Assembly (NCBI GenBank): GCA_965153355.1
Contig: OZ231126.1
Span: 21,514,001-21,578,000 of the forward strand
DNA length: 64,000 nucleotides
Source of the DNA: Flaccisagitta enflata
Taxonomy: Eukaryota
Direction: 5' to 3'
Shown: in pieces, positions 41,485-54,382 of the stretch
Numbering within the stretch: the first letter of the stretch is position 1
Layout: each line of letters starts with the position of its first letter
Notes under the pieces: generated by a model
The model's database searches: none
Told to the model about the DNA's origin: nothing
The model's input: the letters and a program-made list of their open reading frames with translations, nothing else
Made by a program: the position numbers and the translations under genes

Positions 41485-42039
41485 ATGTGTTGCCGACAAT
41501 GCCACGGCCCTTTCCCGAGTCTTAAGGCCGGACAGGTCATCATGAACGGCCTCATTCAACTTTTCTCAACTCTCATCGCCGTCATCTGTATCGTCGTCAT
41601 CCTGAGTTGCTTTACCTTCCCACCTCTTCAAGTCATGGGCTTGTCCTTTATCACCGTCGGCTTCAGCGTCTCGTTTTTCATCGGCGGCATTCTGATGGTG
41701 TTGGCCGGTGCCAAAGGGAGTTATTGCTGCGCCGTCGCCGCCCTCGTCTTCGCCGTCTTTAACTTTTTCTTTGCCGTTTACAACTTCTTTTTCTTCTTTT
41801 GGGCTATGCGGACGCTTCCTTTAGACGAAGACTGCTCCGAATCCGGTTACGCGAAGTTGGTGTTTCTGGTCGCCGTGGTGAACTTGGCGACTTTGGCGCA
41901 GCTACTCTCCGTAGTTTGGGCTTTACCGCTCGTTTCTAGAGCCATTTACTCCAGATATCGCGGTGATGGTCGGGACGGTGACGAAGAAACCCATCGTGAT
42001 GTTCACTCACGTGACAAATGGCTCCTCCGATACTTTTGA
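41485..42039 (+). CDS. Four-transmembrane protein, MS4A/CD20-like (184 aa to first stop)
   Basis: AAAA-ATG start and complex coding-like composition; four hydrophobic segments (GLIQLFSTLIAVICIVVIL; VGFSVSFFIGGILMVLAG; CAVAALVFAVFNFFFAVY; LVFLVAVVNLATLAQLLSVVW) with the G-x-I-Q TM1 pattern, short TM2-TM3 loop and loop Cys reminiscent of MS4A proteins. Family call is by eye. Confidence 0.65.
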   Translation: MCCRQCHGPFPSLKAGQVIMNGLIQLFSTLIAVICIVVILSCFTFPPLQVMGLSFITVGFSVSFFIGGILMVLAGAKGSYCCAVAALVFAVFNFFFAVYNFFFFFWAMRTLPLDEDCSESGYAKLVFLVAVVNLATLAQLLSVVWALPLVSRAIYSRYRGDGRDGDEETHRDVHSRDKWLLRYF

Positions 42040-43108
42040 ATGCTTCAATTAGCAACGACGATCGTGTCCATTGTCAGTAACATCGTAATCCTCTTTATCG
42101 TCGAAGAGGGAGTTCGTAGTGGACTTAACGATCGAGGCGATCTCCATAAACACAAAATTGGAGACGTAATTAAACAAAGAAATAAAGAAACAAAGAAACA
42201 AAAAACAAAAAACGAAGAAACATAGAAACAAAGAAAAAAAAACAAAGAAAAAAAAAAAGAATCAAAGAATTACAGAATTAAAGAAATACGGAGGGGGTAA
42301 CAGAACCAAAGAGAATCAGAATTTATGAAAACTAAAGTATGAAAAGATATCCTGCGCGCATCCAATTGGGAAAGTAAGAGCACCATTAAATGTATAATTT
42401 GTATATCTTTAGTATGATTCGGTATCAAGAAATGTCTTAATTTACGCCCAGCGGTGCTGAGAAAAAAAAGAGCAATACTTAGTATTCTCTGTTCTTCCGA
42501 CCTTTCCTTGCCATACTAGTTACCTCGGATTCCGCGCGTCGAAATTCGGCGAAAATTCGTCTCTTATTTCCTTTTCGCTTCTCAACACGCTCCAACTTGT
42601 TTTGACTCCGTGGAAAATCGCCGATTCTGCCGTGGCCATCAACGATCGGTACTCCATGGCCGTGATGGATTTAATCGTTAAGTCACCTTTTGAACACATC
42701 TACTAACTCGCCAAACACGGGTGCCGCTTCGAACCGGCGTTGGTCATCTTCCGCTCATTCATCATCGTCACCGCCGTCATTCATTTCCTCGCCAAAATTT
42801 GGGGAATCGCCGCCTCCATCATCGTCATTCATCGCGACAACGCCTGCAATTACGGACGAGGATGTTGCTGTTACGGCGATGCTTGCTGCTGCAATCCAGT
42901 TTGTTGTTGCGGCGTTGGCTAGTGCTGCAGTTGTGTTGAGGAAGAGGGAGAGGAGGAAAGACGACGAGGACGTGGACGAGGACGCTTTGATGATGACGCC
43001 GATGTTCGATTTTTCGTCGTGAAGGCGGCGACGGCATCGGGGGAAGTGGTTGAATTGATCCCGGCAGACAAAAATGATTTGGTATCTAACTTTATCCCCG
43101 CCTATTAA
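42040..43108 (+). pseudogene. Second 4-TM MS4A-like domain in frame with the upstream CDS; inferred intron 42166-42451; in-frame stops at 42458, 42704 and 42920
   Basis: MLQLATTIVSIVSNIVIL resembles TM1. After a GTAATT...CCCAG splice the frame reads QYLVFSVL..SYLGFRASK..SLISFSLLNTLQLVL..GCRFEPALVIFRSFIIVTAVIHFLAKIWGIAASIIVI..CCCYGDACCCNPVCCC..FIPAY-stop. Confidence 0.55.
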
Positions 43109-43213
43109 GAGTCGCTGCCAGCAAGGGTGTAGCAATGAATTTGCTTGAGTACTCGAAAGGTATTCGACATGTGTCTAAAATTGACCAGAAATGAGGTTCG
43201 CTGAATCGTTTTT

Positions 43214-43377
43214 TTTAGTCGCGGACGAGCGACTCTATAAGAGGCTTTGTCCGTCCGTCCGTCCGTCCGTCCGTCGGTTGGTCCGTTGATGAGCGCGAGT
43301 CGAAAAGTGGAAAAACCAGCGTTTCCGCTCCTGCCCACCCTTCCGCGACTGGTATTGGCCGTGTATCCGGCCTTGTT
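43214..43377 (+). mobile_element. HINE family 1
   Basis: TTTAGTCGCGGACGAGCGACT...(GTCC)n...GGCCGTGTATCCGGCCTTGTT. Confidence 0.87.
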
Positions 43378-44085
43378 TACTAGCCTGTGACATGTAAATC
43401 GTGCTTTGCCGCGTTTTTCTCGCAAAAACATGGTCAGCAGGCCGCTGTTATGTGTCAATTTTTAGCTAAGTGTCATCAGTCAATATGTTTGAATAAAACA
43501 TTGTTTTTATATGAGCTCACTCGATTTTCGTTTTCTGAAATTATGAGACTGAAACAAGAAGCCATATTTACTAATTTTTGACCAATTGGACCAGTCCGCA
43601 TTTCTGATTTCTCAGATCAAAAGCATGACTAAAGAAAAGTCTAACCGGCGAGTCGCATGCCTATGAACGACTGGTCGTTGTTTTCTAACTTCCTCAACTC
43701 ATAGACCACTCCCAAATTGTATATCGTCATTCTCTCTCGTCTGAGATTCAAAGAAAGAGAATGGAATTGAACCTTGTCAATGTCATGTTTTCCAAGCCTC
43801 AAAGACGGCGATGGATCAGGATATCATAAATGATAAGGTCAAACTTGATCTGCGTCCTTTTCTTTCATTTTGGCGGCCTCTATACCATCGAACACAAGAA
43901 AAGAAGTATCAACTTTGGAATGGTGCTGCACCTAAACAAATTTGGTCTTTTTAGAGGAGTTATTAAAATGCTTTCAACTGTGAACAATCTGAGTTCAGTA
44001 GCTCAATTTCTTTAGGCGGAACACGTTCTTTAAAGTTGATGCTTTTTTTAGGTATTCGTATATTCATGAGCTAGATAGTAAAATA

Positions 44086-44205
<120 letters not shown>

Positions 44206-44610
44206 AGAGAATAAATGTTTTCTTTTTCTTTTTTCCTCCCTCTTTTCTTTTCCCCTTTTGTATTCGTTTGATCGTCCTGGTTTCTCCTTCCCTTTTCTTT
44301 CTTCCCATTTCTCTTTCCTTTTGTCTTCTTTTGTGTGTGTATGTGTGTTTTCCTTGGTCATGGATTTGGTTGCTCACTTCCTGTCGTGTCGCAGTTGCCG
44401 GATCTTCTTCCTTCTCTGTCCTTCTTTTCTTCTTTACTTCGTTCTCTCTTTCATCATCATTTTTTTTCTTCCTTCCCCTCTTCATTTCATGTGTCCTTTC
44501 CTTCTTTTCTTGTTTTCCTATATTCCTGTTTCCGTGTCACCCGTTTTCCTTCCTTCTTTCTTTCTTTCTTTCCTTCTTTCCTTCTTTCCTTCTTTCTTTC
44601 TTTCTTTCCT

Positions 44611-44641
<31 letters not shown>

Positions 44642-44643
44642 GT

Positions 44644-44682
<39 letters not shown>

Positions 44683-45630
44683 TCTTTCTTTCTAAAACTT
44701 TAACACAAACGACTCACAAGCTGCATTTAACACCACACTCTAACCTTTTCGCTTCCATCCTGCTCAAGTCGTCTCACCTGTCTCTGCTTTCACTCTCTCT
44801 TTCAGTCTTTCGTCGCCATCACGCTTCGGCTTTATCTTCTCTTAAAATGCTGTGAACTTTTTTCCCTTTTTTGGGTCAATCTCTTCCAATCTTTTTCCCC
44901 CCTTCAGTCTTTCTCTTTCTCTTTCTCTTTCTCTTCCTCTTTCTCTTTCTCTTTCTCTTTCTCTTCCTCTTTCAACATCCTTGAAGTAAAGCCGTGAAAT
45001 TAGCTTTCGACGGTCTCAGGATCGTTTTCTCTGGTGCAACCGACTGTACGAATTGCTTGAGCGGTTTGTCGGTATTTTGGACTGTCATTCGGTCAATCAG
45101 ACTCTCTCCTTCTTTACTCGGCTTCATGTAGCGTTCTCGACCTTACTAGTTACCCCGCGCATCACTCCTTGTTTCTCATGTAGCAAATCGATCTTATTGC
45201 ATTACTGCCCCTGCCAAATGAGCAAAACAGCATCTGAATGAATAACCCTGCCCATCCAGACGTTAACTACACCTGGAATTAAGCCTGTCCTTTATCCGGC
45301 CTTGTTCCTGTTTTCCTACTCCGCTCATCTTTCTCTCTCCTACCATTCCTGAAGCCATTAGATCGCTCTTCCCATTAACCGATTGGGTGACAGATAGGAA
45401 TCATTTCCTTCTTTTTCTTCCTTTTTTTTCCTTTTGAAAATGAAGTCAACTTGTCTCATCTTTTCTAATTGTGTGTCGGTTGGTGTGGCTCTCAATGGTT
45501 ATCTGGAGGACAAATCTCGATCACGTCTGTAAAGTCCCTTTTAATTTAACAAGAGTGTCAATCAGTTTTAATCTCTTTTAAAGATGACTTCCTCTCCTCG
45601 AGTTAAAAGTGGGGAAATCATTAAAAACTC

Positions 45631-45727
<97 letters not shown>

Positions 45728-45734
45728 ATTGATC

Positions 45735-45744
45735 NNNNNNNNNN
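45735..45744. other. Assembly gap (10 N)
   Basis: N run directly preceded by GATC. Confidence 1.
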
Positions 45745-47485
45745 GTGTCTGCTGGTCCAATCCCCACATTAGTAGAAGGTGCGTGCTAGACATTTATAGA
45801 GTCAGTAAAGCGCTAAGTACTAGGTGTCTGCTGGATCCATCCCCAACACATAGTAATGGAGGTGTCTGCTGGGTGTCTGCTGGTCCAATCCCACATGGTA
45901 AAGGTGCTGCTAATTTGTTCATAGTCAATCCTAACGTTAAGTATTTAGTGTCTGCTGGGTATCTGCTGGACCCATCCCCAAATTAGTGGTAGGTGTCTGC
46001 TATGGTGTACCACTCAAGCCAATCCCCAAATTAGTAGAAGGTGCCTGCTAGATATTCATAGTCCGTACACGTTAACTATTTGGTGTCTGCTGGTGTCTGG
46101 ATCCATCCCAACTTAATGAGTAGGTGTCTGCTGGGTGTCTGCTGGATGCATCCCCCAACAATGGCTGAAGTGTCACTGGGTGTCTGCTGGTACAATCCCC
46201 ATTGGTATAAGAAGGTGCCTGCTAGACATTTATAGAGTCAGTACAGCGCTAAGTACTAGGTGTCTGATGGGTGTCTGCTGGATCCATCATAGTAGTAGGT
46301 GTCTGCTGGGTGTCTGCTGGTCCAATCCCCACATTAGTAGAAGGTGCCTGCCTAGACATTGCGTCATAGTCAGTACAACGTTAAGTATTTGGTGTCTGCT
46401 GGGTGTCTGTTGGACCCATCCCCAAATTAGTAGTAGGTGTCTGCTGGAGCTCTGCTGGACCCATCCCCAAATTAGTAGAGAAGGGTGCCTGCTGAACATT
46501 CCATAGTCAGTACTAACGTTAAGTATTTGGTGTCTGCTGGGTGTCTGCTGGATCCATCCCCAGCAAAGTAGTAGGTGTCTGCTGGGTGTCTGCTGATCCA
46601 ATCCCCACATTAGTAGTAGGTGTCTGCTAGGTGTCTGCTGGTCCAATCCCCACATTAGTAGAAGGTGCCTGCTAGACATTATTGAAGTCCCAGTACTGGC
46701 GCTAAATTACTAAATTGTCTGCTCAGGTGTCTGCTGGATCTGTCTACAATATAGTAGTAGGTGTCTGCTAGGTGTCTGCAGATTTAATCCCCACATTAGT
46801 AGAAGGTGCCTGCTAGACATTCATAGTCAGTACAACGTTAAGTATTTGGTGTCACTGGGTGTCTGCTGGACCCATCCCCAACTTAGCAGTAAGTGTCTGC
46901 TGGGTGTCTGCTGAGTCCATCCCCAACTTAGTAGAAGGTGCTGCTAGACATTCATAATCAAAAGTCCAGTACAACGTTAAGTATTTGGTGTCTGCTGAGT
47001 TCTCTGCTGGATCCATCCCCAACTTAGTAGTAGGTGTCTGCTGGGTGTCTGCTGGATCCATCCCCAACTTAGTAGTAGGTGTCTGCTGGTTGTCTGCTGG
47101 TCCAATCCCCACATTAGTAGAAGGTGCCTGCTAGACATTTATAGAGTCAGTACAGCGCTAAGTACTAGGTGTCTGATGGGTGTCTGCTTGATCCATCCCC
47201 AACATAGTAGTAGGTGTCTGCTGGGTGTCTGCTAGTCCATTCCCCACATTAGTAGAAGGTGCCTGCTAGACATTCATAGTCAGTACAACGTTAAGTATTT
47301 GGTGTCTGCTGGGTGCCTGCTGGATCCATCCCCAACTTAGTCGTAGGTGTCTGCTAGGTGTCTGCTGGATTCATCCCCATGGCTCTTATTTTTGGTGTCT
47401 GCTGAGGTGCCTGCTAGATCCATCCCCAAAAGAAGGAAAATTTTAGTGGAGGTGTCTGATGAGTCCAAGTGTCTGCTAGATCACA
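45745..47485. repeat. Composite higher-order satellite built on GGTGTCTGCTG, with ~43-bp and ~85-90-bp subunits
   Basis: AGTAGTAGGTGTCTGCTGGGTGTCTGCTGGATCCATCCCCAAC subunits alternate with AGTAGAAGGTGCCTGCTAGACATT..AGTCAGTACA.CG.TAAGTA subunits. Confidence 0.95.
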
Positions 47486-47918
47486 GGTACCGTCGTTAAC
47501 GTCGTCAGCTTCTTCTATTGAGCCGGCTGAATGTTTTAAAGAGCAAATCAAAATCATACGCGCTGAGAGTAAATCACGATATAATATACTTCCAACTCGA
47601 CGTTCCGCGGTCGCGTCAGCACCACCATCAGCGTCAACGCAAGCGCAACCGTCAGCGCCGCCGTCAGCGCCGCCGTCACCCTTTACGTCCCCGCCAGCGT
47701 TACCTTCAGTGCCACCGTCAGCGCCACCGTCAGCGCCGCCGTCAGCGCCACCGTCACCCTTTACGTCCCCGCCAGCGTTACTTTCAGTGCCACCGTCAGC
47801 GCCACCGTCAGCGCCACCGTCAGCGCCACCGTCGGCCCAGCGCACCTGAAATCGCAACCGCATGTTTCTCTAGGTTCTTCAACTTAAAAGCCTCATATCG
47901 ATTGACTGAAAGGTCACG

Positions 47919-48008
<90 letters not shown>

Positions 48009-48216
48009 AGCATCGTCATTTCTACTCTAGGCTGATATTTCTGCCATTTGACTCATTGCCGACGCGGCGTCTAGGTGGAATATGGTGGGCGAGATTTCGA
48101 TAGTACCTGCAAAATTAAATCGTTAAAGATCGCCATTCCATCAAAATCTATCGGTGTAATAGCTCACGAAATGGGAAGTCGCAAAATGATCTAAAATATC
48201 TGCCATTCTCTCCATA

Positions 48217-48402
48217 ACAAGGCCGGATACACGGCCATACCAGTTGCGGACGGGTGCGCAGGGGCGGAAATGCGCGGTTTTACACTTTTCAACTCGTGCA
48301 CACCGACGGACGGACGGACGGACCGACGGACAGACGGACGGACGGACGGACCGACGGACGGATGGACAAAGGCTCTTACAGAGTTGCGTGTCCGCAACTA
48401 AA
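48217..48402 (-). mobile_element. HINE family 1, copy-B specific
   Basis: Absent at the A-run of copy A (~23207); sub-TIR AGTTGCGGAC and terminal AGTTGCGTGTCCGCAACT. Confidence 0.9.
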
Positions 48403-48562
48403 AACAAATACAATGAATCTTTTTCGTTGCACTCTAATGATCACATGCGCATATCGAAGCGGATGATTTGAACAACCTATTTCCATTTTGTTTCTACTGC
48501 TTCAATATGCAAATGAATCTTAAATGTTAAAATTTCTTTCTTAAAATCTGAGTTTTCTTTGC

Positions 48563-48662
<100 letters not shown>

Positions 48663-48788
48663 GTCAGTCAGTCTTTGTTTTGGGTAGCGAATTATGAACA
48701 AAATAGTATCATGATCATGAAACGACCTCATCATCCTTCTCGAAGCAACCGAGAGGAAAAATGCAACAGCCGGAAAATTCTTTAGATA

Positions 48789-49635
48789 CCAGTAATGGCG
48801 GCTGTCGCCGTGAGGAAAAAAGTCGTATGCGTTGTTCACTTTTCACTAAACTTTTTTTTTCAGTCATTGCAACTTTTTATTTGTTAGATCAAATTAAGAG
48901 CAATTGTATATAGTGGTTGCACTGAAAATCAGAGAAAAATAGGACTGAGCCAAATGAGCTGGATGAGCTAAAATATTCAGAATCACTAAACTGCACAACC
49001 AGCTATGCTTACTGAGATGTTTTTTTGTATTTGCATGCTTAAATCAAAACATTTATTTGTTTATCGGTTTTGAAATCAGAAAAAAAATGCAAGCTAAATG
49101 AGCTAAATAAGCTAGAATATTTAAAAACACCCTCACAGATGAGCAGCTCTGCTCACTGACATGCTTTCTTGTATTTTCTTGCTTAAACATCTATCAATAT
49201 ATTTGCTTATTTCTTGCATTTGAAATCAGAGAAAAAAAGACTGAGCTAAGTGAGCTAAATGAGCTAAAAGGCTCAAAATCACCCTCACACATGAGCAGCT
49301 ATGCTCATAAATATGTTCTTTTGTATTTGCATGCTTAACCAAACTTAGATACACTCCTTTATTGATCCTACACAAAATCATAAAAAATCTAAAAAAATTC
49401 AATTTGAATTTTTCGTAAATAAATCTTTAAAAATTCATAACGCAAAAAATATTTGTCCCAGAGACTTCTGCTTAGCGCCAAATGAAAGAGAATTATCAAA
49501 TTTACTCACCCTATCAATTTCATTGGAGGCCTCAATCGCCCTAAAGAGTTCCGAAACTTTCTCATAAGAAAATGAAAACCCTGTTTCTCTCGAATATGTC
49601 AAAAAGTCGAAGACTGACTTCGACTTTTTTCCCGA
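48789..49635 (-). mobile_element. Non-autonomous Helitron (5'-TC ... hairpin-CTGG-3'), copy-B specific
   Basis: Minus strand begins TCGGGAAAAAAGTCG and ends GGCGACAGCCGCC-ATTA-CTGG; inserted between A and T with no TSD; empty site TTTAGATA/TCACACGAGG at ~23553-23570. Confidence 0.9.
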
Positions 49636-52460
49636 TCACACGAGGAAAAAAAATTGAATGTGAGTGAATTCTTTTATAGTGTGTATGCGACTCCACATAG
49701 TCGGTCGTGCGGTCGGTCAGTCTGATCGTTTATGGGCTTGTCACACATTGTATTTTCATTGGAGTGTGATTTTACCTCAATGTCCCTGCCTAAATGCTAA
49801 CATGACTAACCAACATCGTTTTCATGGTCGCTCTGCTCGCGATTGGAGAATGAAGAAGCCGTTTATCCGGTCTTGTTTTCTTTTTCTCATGTTGATACTG
49901 TATGTGCGCGTGTTGGATGATATCCGGACGAGAGGGTATCTCCGCAAGGGCATGAAGCCCATAATATAACAGAATAGAAGCGTTGGCAAGAGCGACCGAG
50001 CGTCTGGGGGTCTCGCGTAACGACCCTCGTAAAGAAACAAACTCTTTTTGGGGGATCCCTGAAAATGTATCTTTTCAAATTCAAGACGGGCTCAACACTT
50101 CTTTGTACTCGCGGACGCTGATGAGCCCGACTTGAGATTTGGGATGAGGATTAAGAGTTTTAGGGACGACCACCAGGCCTACCACAGTACCACATGTATC
50201 CCTCTATCCTTTTAAGACCTAACTCTTTCCGTTCATCCCTTCACTCGTTATCGCCTCTTTTGCTATTCTTCATTCTATTAACAAGATTTTTTTTACTTTT
50301 TTTTTACTTGTTGCAGATTTGAACGCTTCGTAAAAATCGACAAAGGAAAAAGAGTGTGAATAAAATCTTCGCTTCGCCCGGACGAGAGTTTCTGCGCCGA
50401 GACCGACCCACGAAAAAAAAAAAAAAAAAACACCGATGGATTTGATTACGTCGCGTCGTTTTATTCTATTTTCTTCAACTTCATCAACATATTCATAAAA
50501 GTATCTGATACTCGTGTACAACTACGTCCAGTGAAATCCAACATAATCAACATCGATGAGGATTGGAAGTTACGTGTAAAGAAAAGAAGAAATGTCATCA
50601 GCAATGAAATGTGATTGTGCCAGATTAACGTTTTTTGCTTGGGCTGTGTTATGCCGATTCACGTCCGCTCCGTTACGGAGTTAAGCAATTACAAAATGTC
50701 ACTTAGAATTCGGCTTACATTGTGATCGACCGTCGTTGCAATCGAGTTCGTTGATATCATGATACCATGTGATACCATGTGACATGTGATACCATGTGAT
50801 AGTGTTTGTCCGTCACTTGTCGACCAACGGTTCATTCGCAACATCCGTAATCTAATCACTAATCAACGATACAATTACATCACCTGTAAATGGAACAACG
50901 ATCTTTGATCGCTTGCTGCTATTTTATCGATCAAACAGTTTGGCGGCCACCGACATATGTGCTTCGCCCGCTTCCTGACCAACGATACAATCTCTCGCGT
51001 CTCCCTCTCGTCGTCTAACAATACATTGTCATTGACAACCATCCCCGACCAAAGTGCATCGTCAAGTTTACACCTCATGATCAATTCGAATCGACCGACG
51101 AGAGAAAACGCCTCAATCGACCGCATGGGGAACAATCACTCTTTGGATTACTTTACGCACTCATCTACTCAAGCAAACGCCGATCGACTGTCAACAAAAT
51201 TGCAAAACGTCATTCGAAATCAACGAGGCAGCTTCCTATTCCTCGATAACGTCGTCGTTGTCGTATGGATCAATGACGAACGAATTTACACGATCTCTTC
51301 CTCGCTTCATCGCCTGCTCACTGCTCAGTAGGTACGTTAGGTTGGGAAAGTGGGTGAATGGGGGGGGGGGGCAGGGGAAGGGGAGGGGGAACAAGGCAAG
51401 ATCAGAAAATGATAGCAGTCCCTTGTTCTGGATTTTTAATTGCAACTAAAAGATCTATCGTATTCTTTCATCGAGTCGTATATGTGAGCCTCGATGTTGC
51501 AAAAGTGTAGGTATTTTATCGATTTCAGTTCCCTGTCCGTCCACGAATCAGCCAATCTCCATCCACTCCGTCATTTAAACCAACGAGCATTTAGGAATGT
51601 GAGACGCAGCAGTTTCCTTCAGTCTATTCTCGAAAAAGTTGTGTTGTATTTAGAACCAAAAGAAAAAAAAGAAAGAAATAAAAAAGAAGAGAAAAACTGT
51701 GGTGGTCCTCCACTTTTTTCTGTCTGATTTTTTTTTCTCTCTGGACATTTTTAAGGTCTTTTGTTTTTCTTCTCTCTGTCGAATTTGCGTCTGTTGAGGC
51801 GGAAAAAAGGAAGCTTGTCAAACAATGCCTGTCGTGTTGACTGTCGATTTTTGTTGTTGTTGTTGTTGCCGTTGTTGTTGTTGTTGTTGTTGTTGTTTTT
51901 AGTGGTTGTGGTGGTGGTGGCGGTGGTGGTGGTGGTGGTGGTGGTGGTGGTGGTGGTGGTGGTGGTGGTGGTGGTGATGGTGGTGGTGGTGGTGGTGGTG
52001 GTGGTGGTGGTGGTGATGATAGTGGTGGTGAGGGGAAGGATGTTGTTGGTGGTGAAGATGGTGACTGGTGTTGATGGTGGTGGTGTTGATGTTGTGGTCG
52101 CAACTGATGTGATTGCGCCCGATAACAACGCTTTCTCATCGCTTTATCTTTGCTTCGTTTACAAGCTTCATTGCTCCCAACTAAATCCCTCCACTCAATC
52201 TCCGTTCAACTCTCCAAGGGCTTTGCTTCTATTTGCATACACTTTTTTTCTTCTTTTTTTTATTGTGTTAGTCGAATAGTCGGTCGGAAAGTACATTGAC
52301 GTTTTCTTCAAGTATTTCTAAATCATTGCATTGTAACTTTCTATTCATTTTTTCCTCTTCTTCAATTATTTCTACATCATTGTAACTTTCTATTCATTTT
52401 TCCTCTTCTTCTTCTTCTTCTTCTTCTTCTTCTTCTTCTTCTTCTTCTTCTTCTTCTTCT

Positions 52461-52494
<34 letters not shown>

Positions 52495-52856
52495 TTTCTT
52501 CTTCTTCTTCTTCTTCCTGTATTGCTTCTTCTTCTTCTCCTTCTTCCTCTACATCACAATCACATATCTTTTATTTCTCAGGTTTATTTCTACGGTTTAT
52601 TTCTTTATCTTTTTAGATTTTATTTCCATTCTTTGACGAAAATAACAGATAACAGATTCCAACATTTTGATTTTTATCAGTCTGTTTTTGCCTCTCGATT
52701 GAATTTGATCTTTTTTTTTCCTTCGCACAATTCGTTTTTCTGCTTCCTCTCTCTTCTCTTGTTTTTCCGTCTTAGTCTCAAGCGTGTTTTGAATCGTGTT
52801 ATGATGGATTGATGAAGTGACAAAGGGACTCCAGGAAACTAGGCACAAAGAATAGG

Positions 52857-52916
<60 letters not shown>

Positions 52917-53172
52917 CAGAAAGATAGAGAGACCGACTGCGATTGTTTGGGATGATATGTGATATAGTTCTGGAAAATTTAAATGGACATCTAAAATGGG
53001 CGAGTTACTTTCGGCTGCAAGTTGCAGTGCAACGCATTGCAAATGTCCAACATGTCAAGTACGTCTCTAAATCTTATTTTTCGAAAGATGGACAGAGGGA
53101 TGGACCCATGGACCAACGGACCAACGGACCGTCGCACAAATGGATAATGCCTCTCACACTGAACGCATCCAA

Positions 53173-53350
53173 AACAAGGCCAGATACACGGCTACCCCAG
53201 TCGCGTGCGGTTGGGCAGGAGCTTTTTTTGAGGTCACCCTATCATTTGGGCAGGAGCAGTGGGGCCAAGTATCGCGAAAAAAAGTGTGACGGACGGACGA
53301 ACCGACGGACCGACAAAGCGGGGTGTAGCGTCGCGTAGCATGCGACTAAA
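53173..53350 (-). mobile_element. HINE family 1, copy-B specific
   Basis: Empty site is the A-run in GCATCCAAAAAAATCCC at ~27965-27980. Confidence 0.9.
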
Positions 53351-54350
53351 AATCCCAATCAGTTTGTTCCCCTGAGACGCTGAGGGATTTTGAACCGCGT
53401 TTCCAGAAGGGGGAATTTGATAGATGACGGATGGGAATTGTTTCCCTTTTGTTACGCAACGAAAATTGACAGTTGATTTGAAATTTACAGGTTTTTTTAG
53501 TATTATTTGAACACACAATCTTTTATCATAAATCGATTGAAAATATAACAATTTATGGTATTCTATGCAATACAGTCTTCTATAGCGCACCCGCTAATAA
53601 GGTATCCCTGAATAAAAGGAATGATTTCTTTTTTTTTTTTGTTTCATGGTGAGGTTCACTTGTATCCACAGCAAACTCGACATGCATACTGCAACCTGAC
53701 ACAAATCAGTCGTTTGAAACACGATACTTTAACAACGCACATCCCATACGCAGTTATCTAATGTTATACTATTACTTATACGCTGCGCAATGTCTTAGAA
53801 CTCCATCTAACTTACAGGCCGATCGAAACTGACAGCTGTACCAGAGAACGCATCAACACAAAAACATGAGACAAGATACTCAACGCATGTCATAACCGCG
53901 GAGAAAAAAAAAAGGAAGAAAAGAAAGGGAGAATTCCCAACTGGATTTATACTTTATATATACAAAGTGACTTCGGCGCGGTCGAGGTTGATGGAATTTG
54001 ATTCCGTTGGGGAAAGGAAGGGAAAAATAGAGAAGAAGAAGAAGGAGAAGAAGAAGAAGAAGAAGAAGAAGAAGAAGAAGAAGAAGAAGAAGAAGAAGAA
54101 GAAGAAGAAGAAGAAGAAAAAGAAAAAGAAAAAGAAAAAGAAAAAGAAAAAGAAAAAGAAAAAGAAGAAGATGTAGAAGAAGCAGAAGCAGAAGAGGTTG
54201 AGGAAAAGGAAGAGGGAGAAGGAGAAGGAAAAGGAGAAGGAGAAGGAGAAGATGCAGAAGAAGATGTAGAAGAAGCAGAAGCAGAAGCAGAAGAAGAAGA
54301 AAAAGAAGAGGAAGAAAAAGAAGAAGAAGAAGAAGAAGAAGAAGAAGAAG

Positions 54351-54382
<32 letters not shown>

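Noticed and set aside
42690-43135. ORFs 42690-43022 (+) and 42755-43135 (-)
   Set aside because: Shadow frames of the stop-interrupted MS4A-like frame.
50957-51331. 124-aa ORF in copy B
   Set aside because: Frame is broken by indels and a stop in copy A; no recognisable domain.
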